Shown here: piece by piece, positions 39,422-53,100 of the stretch | Layout of the letters: every line of letters begins with the position of its first letter | How positions within the stretch are numbered: position 1 is the stretch's first letter | Source: Eledone cirrhosa | Taxonomy: Eukaryota | Assembly (NCBI GenBank): GCA_964016885.1 | Contig: OZ024744.1 | Location: 18,538,001-18,602,000, forward strand | DNA length: 64,000 nucleotides | Direction: 5' to 3' | Notes under the pieces: model-generated | The model's database searches: none | Told to the model about the DNA's origin: nothing | The model's input: the letters and a program-made list of their open reading frames with translations, nothing else | Translations under genes and position numbers: made by a program

Positions 39422-42400
39422 GGTGTATATCACTGTATGTTTGTGTATGTCTGTGTCACTGTGTATGTCACTGTGTGTTTCTGTATGTATGTGTCACTGT
39501 GTATATCAATGTGTGTTTCTGTATCTCTGTGTCACGGTGTATGTCACTGCATGTTTGTGTATGTCTGTGTGACTGTGTATGTCACTGTGTGTTTCTCTAT
39601 GGCTGTGTCACTGTGTATGTCACTGTATCTTTGTGTATGTCTGTGTCACTGTGTATGTCACAGTGTGTTTCTGTATGTCTGTGTCACTGTATATGTCACT
39701 GTATGTTTCTGAATGTCTGTGTCACTGTGTATGTCACTGTGTGTTTCTGTATGTTTGTGTCACTGTGTATGTCACTAAATGTTTGTGTGTGTCTGTGTCT
39801 CTGTGTATGTCACTGTTTGTTTGCGTGTGTCTGTGTCACTGTGTATGTCACTGTATGTTTCTGTATGTCTGTGTCACTTTGTATGTCACTGTGTGTTTCT
39901 GTATGTATGTGTCACCGTGTATGTCACTGTATCTTTGTGTATGCCTGTGTCACTGTGTATGTCACTGTGTGTTTCTGCATGTCTGTGTCACTGTGTATGT
40001 CACTGTGTGTTTCTGTATGTCTGTGTCACTGTGTATGTCACTGTGTGTTTCTGTATGTCTGTGTCACTGTGTATATCAATGTGTGTTTCTGTATCTCTGT
40101 GTCACGGTGTATGTCATTGCATGTTTGTGTATGTCTGTGTGACTGTGTATGTCACTGTGTGTTTCTGTATGGCTGTGTCACTGTGTATGTCACTGTATCT
40201 TTGTGTATGTCTGTGTCACTGTGTATGTCACAGTGTGTTTCTGTATGTCTGTGTCACTGTCTATGTCACTGTATGTTTCTGAATGTCTGTGTCACTGTGT
40301 ATGTCACTGTGTGTTTCTGTATGTCTGTGTCACGGTGTATGTCACTGTATGTTTGTGTGTGACCGTGTCACTGTGTATGTCACTGTGTGTTTGTGTATGT
40401 CTGTGTCACTGTAAGTTTCTGTATGTCTGTGTCACTGTGTATATCACTGTGTGTTTCTGGATGTCTGTGTCACTGTGTATGTCATTGTATCTTTGCCTAT
40501 GTCTGTGTCACTGTGTATGTCACTGTATGTTTCTGTAAGTTTGTGTCACTGTGTATGTCACTGTGTGTTTCTGTATGTCTGTGTCCCTGTGTATGTCACT
40601 GTATGTTTCTGTATATCTGTTTCACTGTGTATGTCACTGTGTCTTTATGTATGTCTGTGTCACTCTGTATGTCACTGTATATTTCTGTATGTCTGTGTCA
40701 CTGTGTATATCACTGTATGTTTCTGTATGTCTGTGTCACTGTGTATGTCACTGTGTGTTTCTGTATGGCTGTGTCACTGTGTATGTCACAGTGTGTTTCT
40801 GTATGTCTGTGTCACTGTCTATGTCACTGTATGTTTCTGAATGTCTGTGTCACTGTGTATGTCACTGTGTGTTTGTGTATGTCTGTGTCACTGTATGTTT
40901 CTGTATGTCTGTGTCACTGTGTATGTCACTGTGTGTTTCTGTATGTCTGTGTCACTGTGTATGTCATTGTATCTTTGTGTATGTCTGTGTCACTGTGTAT
41001 GTCACTGTATGTTTCTGTAAGTTTGTGTCACTGTGTATGTCACTGTGTGTTTCTGTATGTCTGTGTCTCTGTGTATGTCACTGTATGTTTCTGTATGTCT
41101 GTTTCACTGTGTATGTCACTGTGTCTTTATGTATGTCTGTGTCACTCTCTATGTCACTGTATATTTCTGTATGTCTGTGTCACTGTGTATATCACTGTAT
41201 GTTTCTGTATGTCTGTGTCACTGTGTATGTCACTGTGTGTTTCTGTATGGCTGTGTCACTGTGTATGTCACTGTATCTTTGTGTATGTCTGTGTCACTGT
41301 GTATGTCACAGTGTGTTTCTGTATGTCTGTGTCACTGTCTATGTCACTGTATGTTTCTGAATGTCTGTGTCAGTGTGTATGTCACTGTGTGTTTGTGTAT
41401 GTCTGTGTCACTGTATGTTTCTGTATGTCTGTGTCACTGTGTATGTCACTGTGTGTTTCTGTATGTCTGTGTCACTGTGTATGACATTGTATCTTTGTGT
41501 ATGTCTGTGTCACTGTGTATGTCACTGTATGTTTCTGTATGTTTGTGTCACTGTGTATGTCACTGTGTGTTTCTGTATGTTTGTGTCTCAGTGTATGTCA
41601 CTGTATGTTTCTGTATGTCTGTTTCACTGTGTATGTCACTGTGTCTTTATGTATGTCTGTGTCACTCTGTATGTCACTGTATATTTCTGTATGTCTGTGT
41701 CACTGTGTATGTCACTGTATGCTTCTGTATGTCTGTGTCACTGTGTATGTCACTGTATCTTTGTGTAAGTCTGTGTCCCTGTGTATGTCACTGTATGTTT
41801 CTGTATGTTTGTGTCACTGTGTATGTCACTGTGTGTTTCTGTATGTCTGTGTCACTGTGTATGTCACTGTGTGTTTCTGTATGTTTGTGTCACTGTGTAT
41901 GTCACTAAATGTTTGTGTGTGTCTGTGTCTCTGTGTATGTCACTGTTTGTTTGCGTGTGTCTGTGTCACTGTGTATGTCACTGTGTGTTTCTGTATGTCT
42001 GTGTGACTGTCTATGTCACTGTGTGTTTCTGTATGTTTGTGTCACTGTGTATGTCACTAAATGTTTGTGTGTGTCTGTGTCTCTGTGTATGTCACTGTTT
42101 GTTTGCGTGTGTCTGTGTCACTGTGTATGTCACTGTATGTTTCTGTATGTCTGTGTCACTTTGTATGTCACTGTGTGTTTCTGTATGTATGTGTCACCGT
42201 GTATGTCACTGTATCTTTGTGTATGCCTGTGTCACTGTGTATGTCACTGTGTGTTTCTGTATGTTTGTGTCACTGTGTATGTCACTAAATGTTTGTGTGT
42301 GTCTGTGTCACTGTGTATGTCACTGTGTGTTTCTGTATGTCTGTGTGACTGTGTATGTCACTGTTTGTTTGTGTATGTCTGTGTCACTGTGTGTGTTTCT

Positions 42401-45400
42401 GTATGTCTGTGTCACTGTGTATGTCATTGCATCTTTGTGTATGTCTGTCTCACTGTGTATGTCACTGTGTGTTTCTGCATGTCTGTGTCACTGTGTATGT
42501 CACTGTGTGTTTCTGTATGTCTGTGTCACTGTGTATATCACTGTATGTTTCTGTATGTCTCTTTCACTGTGTATATCACTGTGTGTTTCTGTATGTCTGT
42601 GTCACTGTATATGTCACTGTTTCTTTGTGTATGCCTGTGTCACTGTCTATGTCACTGTATGTTTCTGTATGTCTGTTTCACTGTGTATGTCACTGTATAT
42701 TTGTGTATGTCTGTGTCACTCTGTATGTCACTGTGTGTTTCTGTATGTCTGTGTCACTATGTATGCCACTGTATATTTGTGCTGTCTGTGTCATTGTGTA
42801 TGTCACTGGGTGTTTCTGTATGTCTGTGTCACTGTGTATGACACTGTGTCTTTCTGTATGTATGTATCACTGTGTATGTCACTGTGTGTATCTGTATGTC
42901 GGTGTCACTGTGTAAGTCATTGTATCTTTGTGTATGTCTGTGGCACTCTGTATGTCGTTGTGTGTTTCTGTATGTATGTGTCTCTGTGTATGTCACTGTA
43001 TATTTGTGTATGTATGTGTCACTGTGTATGTCACTGTGAGTTTCTCTATGTCTGTGTCACTGTGTATGTCACTGTATGTCTCTGTGTGTCTGTGTCACTG
43101 TCTATGTCACTGTATCTTTGTGTATGTCTGTGTCACTGTGTATGTCACTGTGTGTTTATGTATGTCTGTGTCACTGTGTATGTCACTGTATGTTTCTGTA
43201 TGTCTGTGTCACTGTGTATGTCACTGTTTGTTTCTGTATGTATGTGTCACTGTGTATGTCACCGTATGTGTGTGTATGTCTGTGTCACGGTGTATGTCAC
43301 TGTATCTTAGTGTATGCCTGTGTCACTGTGTATGTCACTGTGAGTTTCTGTATGTCTGTGTCTCTGTGTATGTCACTGTATCTTTGTGCATGTATGTGTC
43401 ACTGTGTATGTCACTGTATGTTTCTGTATGTCTGTGTCACTGTGTATATCACTGTGTGTTTCTGTATATCTGTGTCTCTGTGTATGTCACTGTATCTTTG
43501 TGTATGTCTGGGTCACTGTGTATGTCACTGTATATTTGTGTATGTCTGTGTCACGGTGTATATCACTGTATGTTTGTGTATGTCTGTGTCACTGTGTATG
43601 TCACTGTGTGTTTCTGTATGTCTGTGTCACTGTGTATATCAATGTGTGTTTCTGTATCTCTGTGTCACGGTGTATGTCACTGCATGTTTGTGTATGTCTG
43701 TGTGACTGTGTATGTCACTGTGTGTTTCTGTATGGCTGTGTCACTGTGTATGTCACTGTATCTTTGTGTATGTCTGTGTCACTGTGTATGTCACAGTGTG
43801 TTTCTGTATGTCTGTGTCACTGTCTATGTCACTGTATGTTTCTGAATGTCTGTGTCACTGTGTATGTCACTGTGTGTTTCTGTATGTCTGTGTCACGGTG
43901 TATGTCACTGTATGTTTGTGTGTGACTGTGTCACTGTGTATGTCACTGTGTGTTTGTGTATGTCTGTGTCACTGTAAGTTTCTGTATGTCTGTGTCACTG
44001 TGTATGTCACTGTGTGTTTCTGGATGTCTGTGTCACTGTGTATGTCATTGTATCTTTGTGTATGTCTGTGTCACTGTGTATGTCACTGTATGTTTCTGTA
44101 AGTTTGTGTCACTGTGTATGTCACTGTGTGTTTCTGTATGTCTGTGTCTCTGTGTATGTCACTGTATGTTTCTGTATATCTGTTTCACTGTGTATGTCAC
44201 TGTGTCTTTATGTATGTCTGTGTCACTCTGTATGTCACTGTATATTTCTGTATGTCTGTGTCACTGTGTATATCACTGTATGTTTCTGTATGTATGTGTC
44301 ACTGTGTATGTCACTGTGTGTTTTTGTATGGCTGTGTCACTGTGTATGTCACAGTGTGTTTCTGTATGTCTGTGTCACTGTCTATGTCACTGTATGTTTC
44401 TGAATGTCTGTGTCACTGTGTATGTCACTGTGTGTTTGTGTATGTCTGTGTCACTGTATGTTTCTGTATGTCTGTGTCACTGTGTATGTCACTGTGTGTT
44501 TTTGTATGTCTGTGTCACTGTGTATGTCATTGTATCTTTGTGTATGTCTGTGTCACTGTGTATGTCACTGTATGTTTCTGTAAGTTTGTGTCACTGTGTA
44601 TGTCACTGTGTGTTTCTGTATGTCTGTGTCTCTGTGTATGTCACTGTATGTTTCTGTATGTCTGTTTCACTGTGTATGTCACTGTGTCTTTATGTATGTC
44701 TGTGTCACTCTCTATGTCACTGTATATTTCTGTATGTCTGTGTCACTGTGTATATCACTGTATGTTTCTGTATGTCTGTGTCACTGTGTATGTCACTGTG
44801 TGTTTCTGTATGGCTGTGTCACTGTGTATGTCACTGTATCTTTGTGTATGTCTGTGTCACTGTGTATGTCACAGTGTGTTTCTGTATGTCTGTGTCACTG
44901 TCTATGTCACTGTATGTTTCTGAATGTCTGTGTCAGTGTGTATGTCACTGTGTGTTTGTGTATGTCTGTGTCACTGTATGTTTCTGTATGTCTGTGTCAC
45001 TGTGTATGTCACTGTGTGTTTCTGTATGTCTGTGTCACTGTGTATGACATTGTATCTTTGTGTATGTCTGTGTCACTGTGTATGTCACTGTATGTTTCTG
45101 TATGTTTGTGTCACTGTGTATGTCACTGTGTGTTTCTGTATGTTTGTGTCTCAGTGTATGTCACTGTATGTTTCTGTATGTCTGTTTCACTGTGTATGTC
45201 ACTGTGTCTTTATGTATGTCTGTGTCACTCTGTATGTCACTGTATATTTCTGTATGTCTGTGTCACTGTGTATGTCACTGTATGTTTGTGTATGTCTGTG
45301 TCACTGTGTATGTCACTGTATGCTTCTGTATGTCTGTGTCACTGTGTATGTCACTGTATCTTTGTGTATGTCTGTGTCCCTGTGTATGTCACTGTATGTT

Positions 45401-46282
45401 TCTGTATGTTTGTGTCACTGTGTATGTCACTGTGTGTTTCTGTATGTCTGTGTCACTGTGTATGTCACTGTGTGTTTCTGTATGTTTGTGTCACTGTGTA
45501 TGTCACTAAATGTTTGTGTGTGTCTGTGTCTCTGTGTATGTCACTGTTTGTTTGCGTGTGTCTGTGTCACTGTGTATGTCACTGTGTGTTTCTGTATGTC
45601 TGTGTGACTGTCTATGTCACTGTGTGTTTCTGTATGTTTGTGTCACTGTGTATGTCACTAAATGTTTGTGTGTGTTTGTGTCTCTGTGTATGTCACTGTT
45701 TGTTTGCGTGTGTCTGTGTCACTGTGTATGTCACTGTATGTTTCTGTATGTCTGTGTCACTTTGTATGTCACTGTGTGTTTCTGTATGTATGTGTCACCG
45801 TGTATGTCACTGTATCTTTGTGTATGCCTGTGTCACTGTGTATGTCACTGTGTGTTTCTGTATGTTTGTGTCACTGTGTATGTCACTAAATGTTTGTGTG
45901 TGTCTGTGTCACTGTGTATGTCACTGTGTGTTTCTGTATGTCTGTGTGACTGTGTATGTCACTGTTTGTTTGTGTATGTCTGTGTCACTGTGTGTGTTTC
46001 TGTATGTCTGTGTCACTGTGTATGTCATTGCATCTTTGTGTATGTCTGTCTCACTGTGTATGTCACTGTGTGTTTCTGCATGTCTGTGTCACTGTGTATG
46101 TCACTGTGTGTTTCTGTATGTCTGTGTCACTGTGTATGTCACTGTATGTTTCTGTATGTCTCTTTCACTGTGTATATCACTGTGTGTTTCTGTATGTCTG
46201 TGTCACTGTATATGTCACTGTATCTTTGTGTATGCCTGTGTCACTGTCTATGTCACTGTATGTTTCTGTACGTCTGTTTCAC
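39422..46282 (+). repeat. Duplication 3, copy B (6861 bp)
   Basis: Begins at the chimeric monomer GTACGTCTGTTTCAC|GGTGTATATCAC. It is 64 bp + 38 bp longer than copy A. Confidence 0.9.
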
Positions 46283-49200
46283 TGTGTATATCACTGTATA
46301 TTTGTGTATGTCTGTGTCACTCTGTATGTCACTGTGTGTTTCTGTATGTCTGTGTCACTATGTATGCCACTGTATATTTGTGTTGTCTGTGTCATTGTGT
46401 ATGTCACTGCGTGTTTCTGTATGTCTGTGTCACTGTGTATGACACTGTGTCTTTCTGTATGTATGTATCACTGTGTATGTCACTGTGTGTATCTGTATGT
46501 CGGTGTCACTGTGTATGTCATTGTATCTTTGTGTATGTCTGTGGCACTCTGTATGTCGTTGTGTGTTTCTGTATGTATGTGTCTCTGTGTATGTCACTGT
46601 ATATTTGTGTATGTATGTGTCACTGTGTATGTCACTGTGAGTTTCTCTATGTCTGTGTCACTGTGTATGTCACTGTATGTCTCTGTATGTCTGTGTCACT
46701 GTCTATGTCACTGTATCTTTGTGTATGTCTGTGTCACTGTGTATGTCACAGTTTGTTTCTGTATATATGTGTCTCTGTGTATGTCACTGTAGTTTTGTGT
46801 ATGTCTGTGTCACTGTGTGTTTCTGTATGTCTGTGTCACTGTGTATGTCACTGTATGTTTCTGTATGTCTGTGTCACTGTGTATGTCACTGTTTGTTTCT
46901 GTATGTATGTGTCACTGTGTATGTCACCGTATGTGTGTGTATGTCTGTGTCACGGTGTATGTCACTGTATCTTAGTGTATGCCTGTGTCACTGTGTATGT
47001 CACTGTGAGTTTCTGTATGTCTGTGTATCTGTGTATGTCACTGTATCTTTGTGCATGTATGTGTCACTGTGTATGTCACTGTATGTTTCTGTATGTCTGT
47101 GTCACTGTGTATATCACTGTGTGTTTCTGTATATCTGTGTCTCTGTGTATGTCACTGTATCTTTGTGTATGTCTGGGTCACTGTGTATGTCACTGTATAT
47201 TTGTGTATGTCTGTGTCACGGTGTATATCACTGTATGTTTGTGTATGTCTGTGTCACTGTGTATGTCACTGTGTGTTTCTGTATGTATGTGTCACTGTGT
47301 ATATCAATGTGTGTTTCTGTATCTCTGTGTCACGGTGTATGTCACTGCATGTTTGTGTATGTCTGTGTGACTGTGTATGTCACTGTGTGTTTCTGTATGG
47401 CTGTGTCACTGTGTATGTCACTGTATCTTTGTGTATGTCTGTGTCACTGTGTATGTCACAGTGTGTTTCTGTATGTCTGTGTCACTGTATATGTCACTGT
47501 ATGTTTCTGAATGTCTGTGTCACTGTGTATGTCACTGTGTGTTTCTGTATGTTTGTGTCACTGTGTATGTCACTAAATGTTTGTGTGTGTCTGTGTCTCT
47601 GTGTATGTCACTGTTTGTTTGCGTGTGTCTGTGTCACTGTGTATGTCACTGTATGCTTCTGTATGTCTGTGTCACTTTGTATGTCACTGTGTGTTTCTGT
47701 ATGTATGTGTCACCGTGTATGTCACTGTATCTTTGTGTATGCCTGTGTCACTGTGTATGTCACTGTGTTTCTGCATGTCTGTGTCACTGTGTATGTCACT
47801 GTGTGTTTCTGTATGTCTGTGTCACTGTGTATGTCACTGTATGTTTCTGTATGTCTCTTTCACTGTGTATATCACTGTGTGTTTCTGTATGTCTGTGTCA
47901 CTGTATATGTCACTGTATCTTTGTGTATGCCTGTGTCACTGTCTATGTCACTGTATGTTTCTGTATGTCTGTTTCACTGTGTATGTCACTGTATATTTGT
48001 GTATGTCTTGTCACTCTGTATGTCACTGTGTGTTTCTGTATGTCTGTGTCACTATGTATGCCACTGTATATTTGTGTTGTCTGTGTCATTGTGTATGTCA
48101 CTGGGTGTTTCTGTATGTCTGTGTCACTGTGTATGACACTGTGTCTTTCTGTATGTATGTATCACTGTGTATGTCACTGTGTGTATCTGTATGTCGGTGT
48201 CACTGTGTAAGTCATTGTATCTTTGTGTATGTCTGTGGCACTCTGTATGTCGTTGTGTGTTTCTGTATGTCTGTGTCACTGTGTATGTCACAGTGTGTTT
48301 CTGTATATATGTGTCTCTGTGTATGTCACTGTAGTTTTGTGTATGTCTGTGTCACTGTGTGTTTCTGTATGTATGTGTCACTGTGTATGTCACTGTATGT
48401 TTCTGTATGTCTGTGTCACTGTGTATGTCACTGTTTGTTTCTGTATGTATGTGTCACTGTGTATGTCACCGTATGTGTGTGTATGTCTGTGTCACGGTGT
48501 ATGTCACTGTATCTTAGTGTATGCCTGTGTCACTGTGTATGTCACTGTGAGTTTCTGTATGTCTGTGTCTCTGTGTATGTCACTGTATCTTTGTGCATGT
48601 ATGTGTCACTGTGTATGTCACTGTATGTTTCTGTATGTCTGTGTCACTGTGTATATCACTGTGTGTTTCTGTATATCTGTGTCTCTGTGTATGTCACTGT
48701 ATCTTTGTGTATGTCTGGGTCACTGTGTATGTCACTGTATATGTGTGTATGTCTGTGACACGGTGTATATCACTGTATGTTTGTGTATGTCTGTGTCACT
48801 GTGTATGTCACTGTGTGTTTCTGTATGTCTGTGTCACTGTGTATATCAATGTGTGTTTCTGTATCTCTGTGTCACGGTGTATGTCACTGCATGTTTGTGT
48901 ATGTCTGTGTGACTGTGTATGTCACTGTGTGTTTCTGTATGGCTGTGTCACTGTGTATGTCACTGTATCTTTGTGTATGTCTGTGTCACTCTGTATGTCA
49001 CTGTATATTTCTGTATGTCTGTGTCACTGTGTATATCACTGTATGTTTCTGTATGTATGTGTCACTGTGTGTTTCTGTATGGCTGTGTCACTGTGTATGT
49101 CACTGTATCTTTGTGTATGTCTGTGTCACTGTGTATGTCACAGTGTGTTTCTGTATGTCTGTGTCACTGTCTATGTCACTGTATGTTTCTGAATGTCTGT

Positions 49201-50173
49201 GTCACTGTGTATGTCACTGTGTGTTTGTGTATGTCTGTGTCACTGTATGTTTCTGTATGTCTGTGTCACTGTGTATGTCACTGTGTGTTTCTGTATGTCT
49301 GTGTCACAGTGTATGACATTGTATCTTTGTGTATGTCTGTGTCACTGTGTATGTCACTGTATGTTTCTGTATGTTTGTGTCACTGTGTATGTCACTGTGT
49401 GTTTCTGTATGTTTGTGTCTCTGTGTATGTCACTGTATGTTTCTGTATGTCTGTTTCACTGTGTATGTCACTGTGTCTTTATGTATGTCTGTGTCACTCT
49501 GTATGTCACTGTATATTTCTGTATGTCTGTGTCACAGTGTATGTCACTGTATGTTTCTGTATGTCTGTGTCACTGTGTATGTCACTGTATGCTTCTGTAT
49601 GTCTGTGTCACTGTGTATGTCACTGTATCTTTGTGTATGTCTGTGTCCCTGTGTATGTCACTGTATGTTTCTGTATGTTTGTGTCACTGTGTATGTCACT
49701 GTGTGTTTCTGTATGTCTGTGTCACTGTGTATGTCACTGTGTGTTTCTGTATGTTTGTGTTACTGTGTATGTCACTAAATGTTTGTGTGTGTCTGTGTCT
49801 CTGTGTATGTCACTGTTTGTTTGCGTGTGTCTGTGTCACTGTGTATGTCACTGTGTGCTTCTGTATGTCACTGTGTGTTTGTGCATGTCTGTGTCACTGT
49901 ATGCTTCTGTATGTCTGTGTCACAGTGTATGTCACTGTGTGTTTCTGTATGTATGTGTCACCGTGTATGTCACTGTATCTTTGTGTATGCCTGTGTCACT
50001 GTGTATGTCACTGTGTGTTTCTGTATGTTTGTGTCACTGTGTATGTCACTAAATGTTTGTGTGTGTCTGTGTCACTGTGTATGTCACTGTGTGTTTCTGT
50101 ATGTCTGTGTGACTGTGTATGTGACTGTTTGTTTCTGCATGTCTGTGTCACTGTGTATGTCACTGTGTGTTTC
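40978..50173 (+). repeat. Duplication 4, copy A (9196 bp), overlapping duplication 3 copy B
   Basis: ORF offsets 9196 (41033->50229), 9120 (42355->51475, 44596->53716) and 9122 (48223->57345, 49779->58901). Shared TGTCTTGTCAC ~48004/57126 and GTGTTACTG ~49757/58879. Confidence 0.92.
43386..47050 (+). repeat. Representative complete higher-order cycle (3665 bp, ~100 monomers)
   Basis: The marker GTGCATGTATG (ORFs starting MHV) recurs at 47, 8831, 17480, 20143, 26178, 28841, 32494, 36563, 43386, 47051, 48593, 52506, 56171 and 57715. Full cycles measure 3653, 3665 and 3665 bp and keep the same order of variant monomers. Confidence 0.8.
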
Positions 50174-53100
50174 TGTATGTCTGTGTCACTGTGTATGTCA
50201 CTGTATGTTTCTGTAAGTTTGTGTCACTGTGTATGTCACTGTGTGTTTCTGTATGTCTGTGTCTCTGTGTATGTCACTGTATGTTTCTGTATGTCTGTTT
50301 CACTGTGTATGTCACTGTGTCTTTATGTATGTCTGTGTCACTCTCTATGTCACTGTATATTTCTGTATGTCTGTGTCACTGTGTATATCACTGTATGTTT
50401 CTGTATGTCTGTGTCACTGTGTATGTCACTGTGTGTTTCTGTATGGCTGTGTCACTGTGTATGTCACTGTATCTTTGTGTATGTCTGTGTCACTGTGTAT
50501 GTCACAGTGTGTTTCTGTATGTCTGTGTCACTGTCTATGTCACTGTATGTTTCTGAATGTCTGTGTCAGTGTGTATGTCACTGTGTGTTTGTGTATGTCT
50601 GTGTCACTGTATGTTTCTGTATGTCTGTGTCACTGTGTATGTCACTGTGTGTTTCTGTATGTCTGTGTCACTGTGTATGACATTGTATCTTTGTGTATGT
50701 CTGTGTCACTGTGTATGTCACTGTATGTTTCTGTATGTTTGTGTCACTGTGTATGTCACTGTGTGTTTCTGTATGTTTGTGTCTCAGTGTATGTCACTGT
50801 ATGTTTCTGTATGTCTGTTTCACTGTGTATGTCACTGTGTCTTTATGTATGTCTGTGTCACTCTGTATGTCACTGTATATTTCTGTATGTCTGTGTCACT
50901 GTGTATGTCACTGTATGCTTCTGTATGTCTGTGTCACTGTGTATGTCACTGTATCTTTGTGTAAGTCTGTGTCCCTGTGTATGTCACTGTATGTTTCTGT
51001 ATGTTTGTGTCACTGTGTATGTCACTGTGTGTTTCTGTATGTCTGTGTCACTGTGTATGTCACTGTGTGTTTCTGTATGTTTGTGTCACTGTGTATGTCA
51101 CTAAATGTTTGTGTGTGTCTGTGTCTCTGTGTATGTCACTGTTTGTTTGCGTGTGTCTGTGTCACTGTGTATGTCACTGTGTGTTTCTGTATGTCTGTGT
51201 GACTGTCTATGTCACTGTGTGTTTCTGTATGTTTGTGTCACTGTGTATGTCACTAAATGTTTGTGTGTGTCTGTGTCTCTGTGTATGTCACTGTTTGTTT
51301 GCGTGTGTCTGTGTCACTGTGTATGTCACTGTGTGTTTCTGTATGTATGTGTCACCGTGTATGTCACTGTATCTTTGTGTATGCCTGTGTCACTGTGTAT
51401 GTCACTGTGTGTTTCTGTATGTTTGTGTCACTGTGTATGTCACTAAATGTTTCTGTATGTCTGTGTGACTGTGTATGTCACTGTTTGTTTGTGTATGTCT
51501 GTGTCACTGTGTGTGTTTCTGTATGTCTGTGTCACTGTGTATGTCATTGCATCTTTGTGTATGTCTGTCTCACTGTGTATGTCACTGTGTGTTTCTGCAT
51601 GTCTGTGTCACTGTGTATGTCACTGTGTGTTTCTGTATGTCTGTGTCACTGTGTATATCACTGTATGTTTCTGTATGTCTCTTTCACTGTGTATATCACT
51701 GTGTGTTTCTGTATGTCTGTGTCACTGTATATGTCACTGTTTCTTTGTGTATGCCTGTGTCACTGTCTATGTCACTGTATGTTTCTGTATGTCTGTTTCA
51801 CTGTGTATGTCACTGTATATTTGTGTATGTCTGTGTCACTCTGTATGTCACTGTGTGTTTCTGTATGTCTGTGTCACTATGTATGCCACTGTATATTTGT
51901 GCTGTCTGTGTCATTGTGTATGTCACTGGGTGTTTCTGTATGTCTGTGTCACTGTGTATGACACTGTGTCTTTCTGTATGTATGTATCACTGTGTATGTC
52001 ACTGTGTGTATCTGTATGTCGGTGTCACTGTGTAAGTCATTGTATCTTTGTGTATGTCTGTGGCACTCTGTATGTCGTTGTGTGTTTCTGTATGTATGTG
52101 TCTCTGTGTATGTCACTGTATATTTGTGTATGTATGTGTCACTGTGTATGTCACTGTGAGTTTCTCTATGTCTGTGTCACTGTGTATGTCACTGTATGTC
52201 TCTGTGTGTCTGTGTCACTGTCTATGTCACTGTATCTTTGTGTATGTCTGTGTCACTGTGTATGTCACTGTGTGCTTATGTATGTCTGTGTCACTGTGTA
52301 TGTCACTGTATGTTTCTGTATGTCTGTGTCACTGTGTATGTCACTGTTTGTTTCTGTATGTATGTGTCACTGTGTATGTCACCGTATGTGTGTGTATGTC
52401 TGTGTCACGGTGTATGTCACTGTATCTTAGTGTATGCCTGTGTCACTGTGTATGTCACTGTGAGTTTCTGTATGTCTGTGTCTCTGTGTATGTCACTGTA
52501 TCTTTGTGCATGTATGTGTCACTGTGTATGTCACTGTATGTTTCTGTATGTCTGTGTCACTGTGTATATCACTGTGTGTTTCTGTATATCTGTGTCTCTG
52601 TGTATGTCACTGTATCTTTGTGTATGTCTGGGTCACTGTGTATGTCACTGTATATTTGTGTATGTCTGTGTCACGGTGTATATCACTGTATGTTTGTGTA
52701 TGTCTGTGTCACTGTGTATGTCACTGTGTGTTTCTGTATGTCTGTGTCACTGTGTATATCAATGTGTGTTTCTGTATCTCTGTGTCACGGTGTATGTCAC
52801 TGCATGTTTGTGTATGTCTGTGTGACTGTGTATGTCACTGTGTGTTTCTGTATGGCTGTGTCACTGTGTATGTCACTGTATCTTTGTGTATGTCTGTGTC
52901 ACTGTGTATGTCACAGTGTGTTTCTGTATGTCTGTGTCACTGTCTATGTCACTGTATGTTTCTGAATGTCTGTGTCACTGTGTATGTCACTGTGTGTTTC
53001 TGTATGTCTGTGTCACGGTGTATGTCACTGTATGTTTGTGTGTGACTGTGTCACTGTGTATGTCACTGTGTGTTTGTGTATGTCTGTGTCACTGTAAGTT

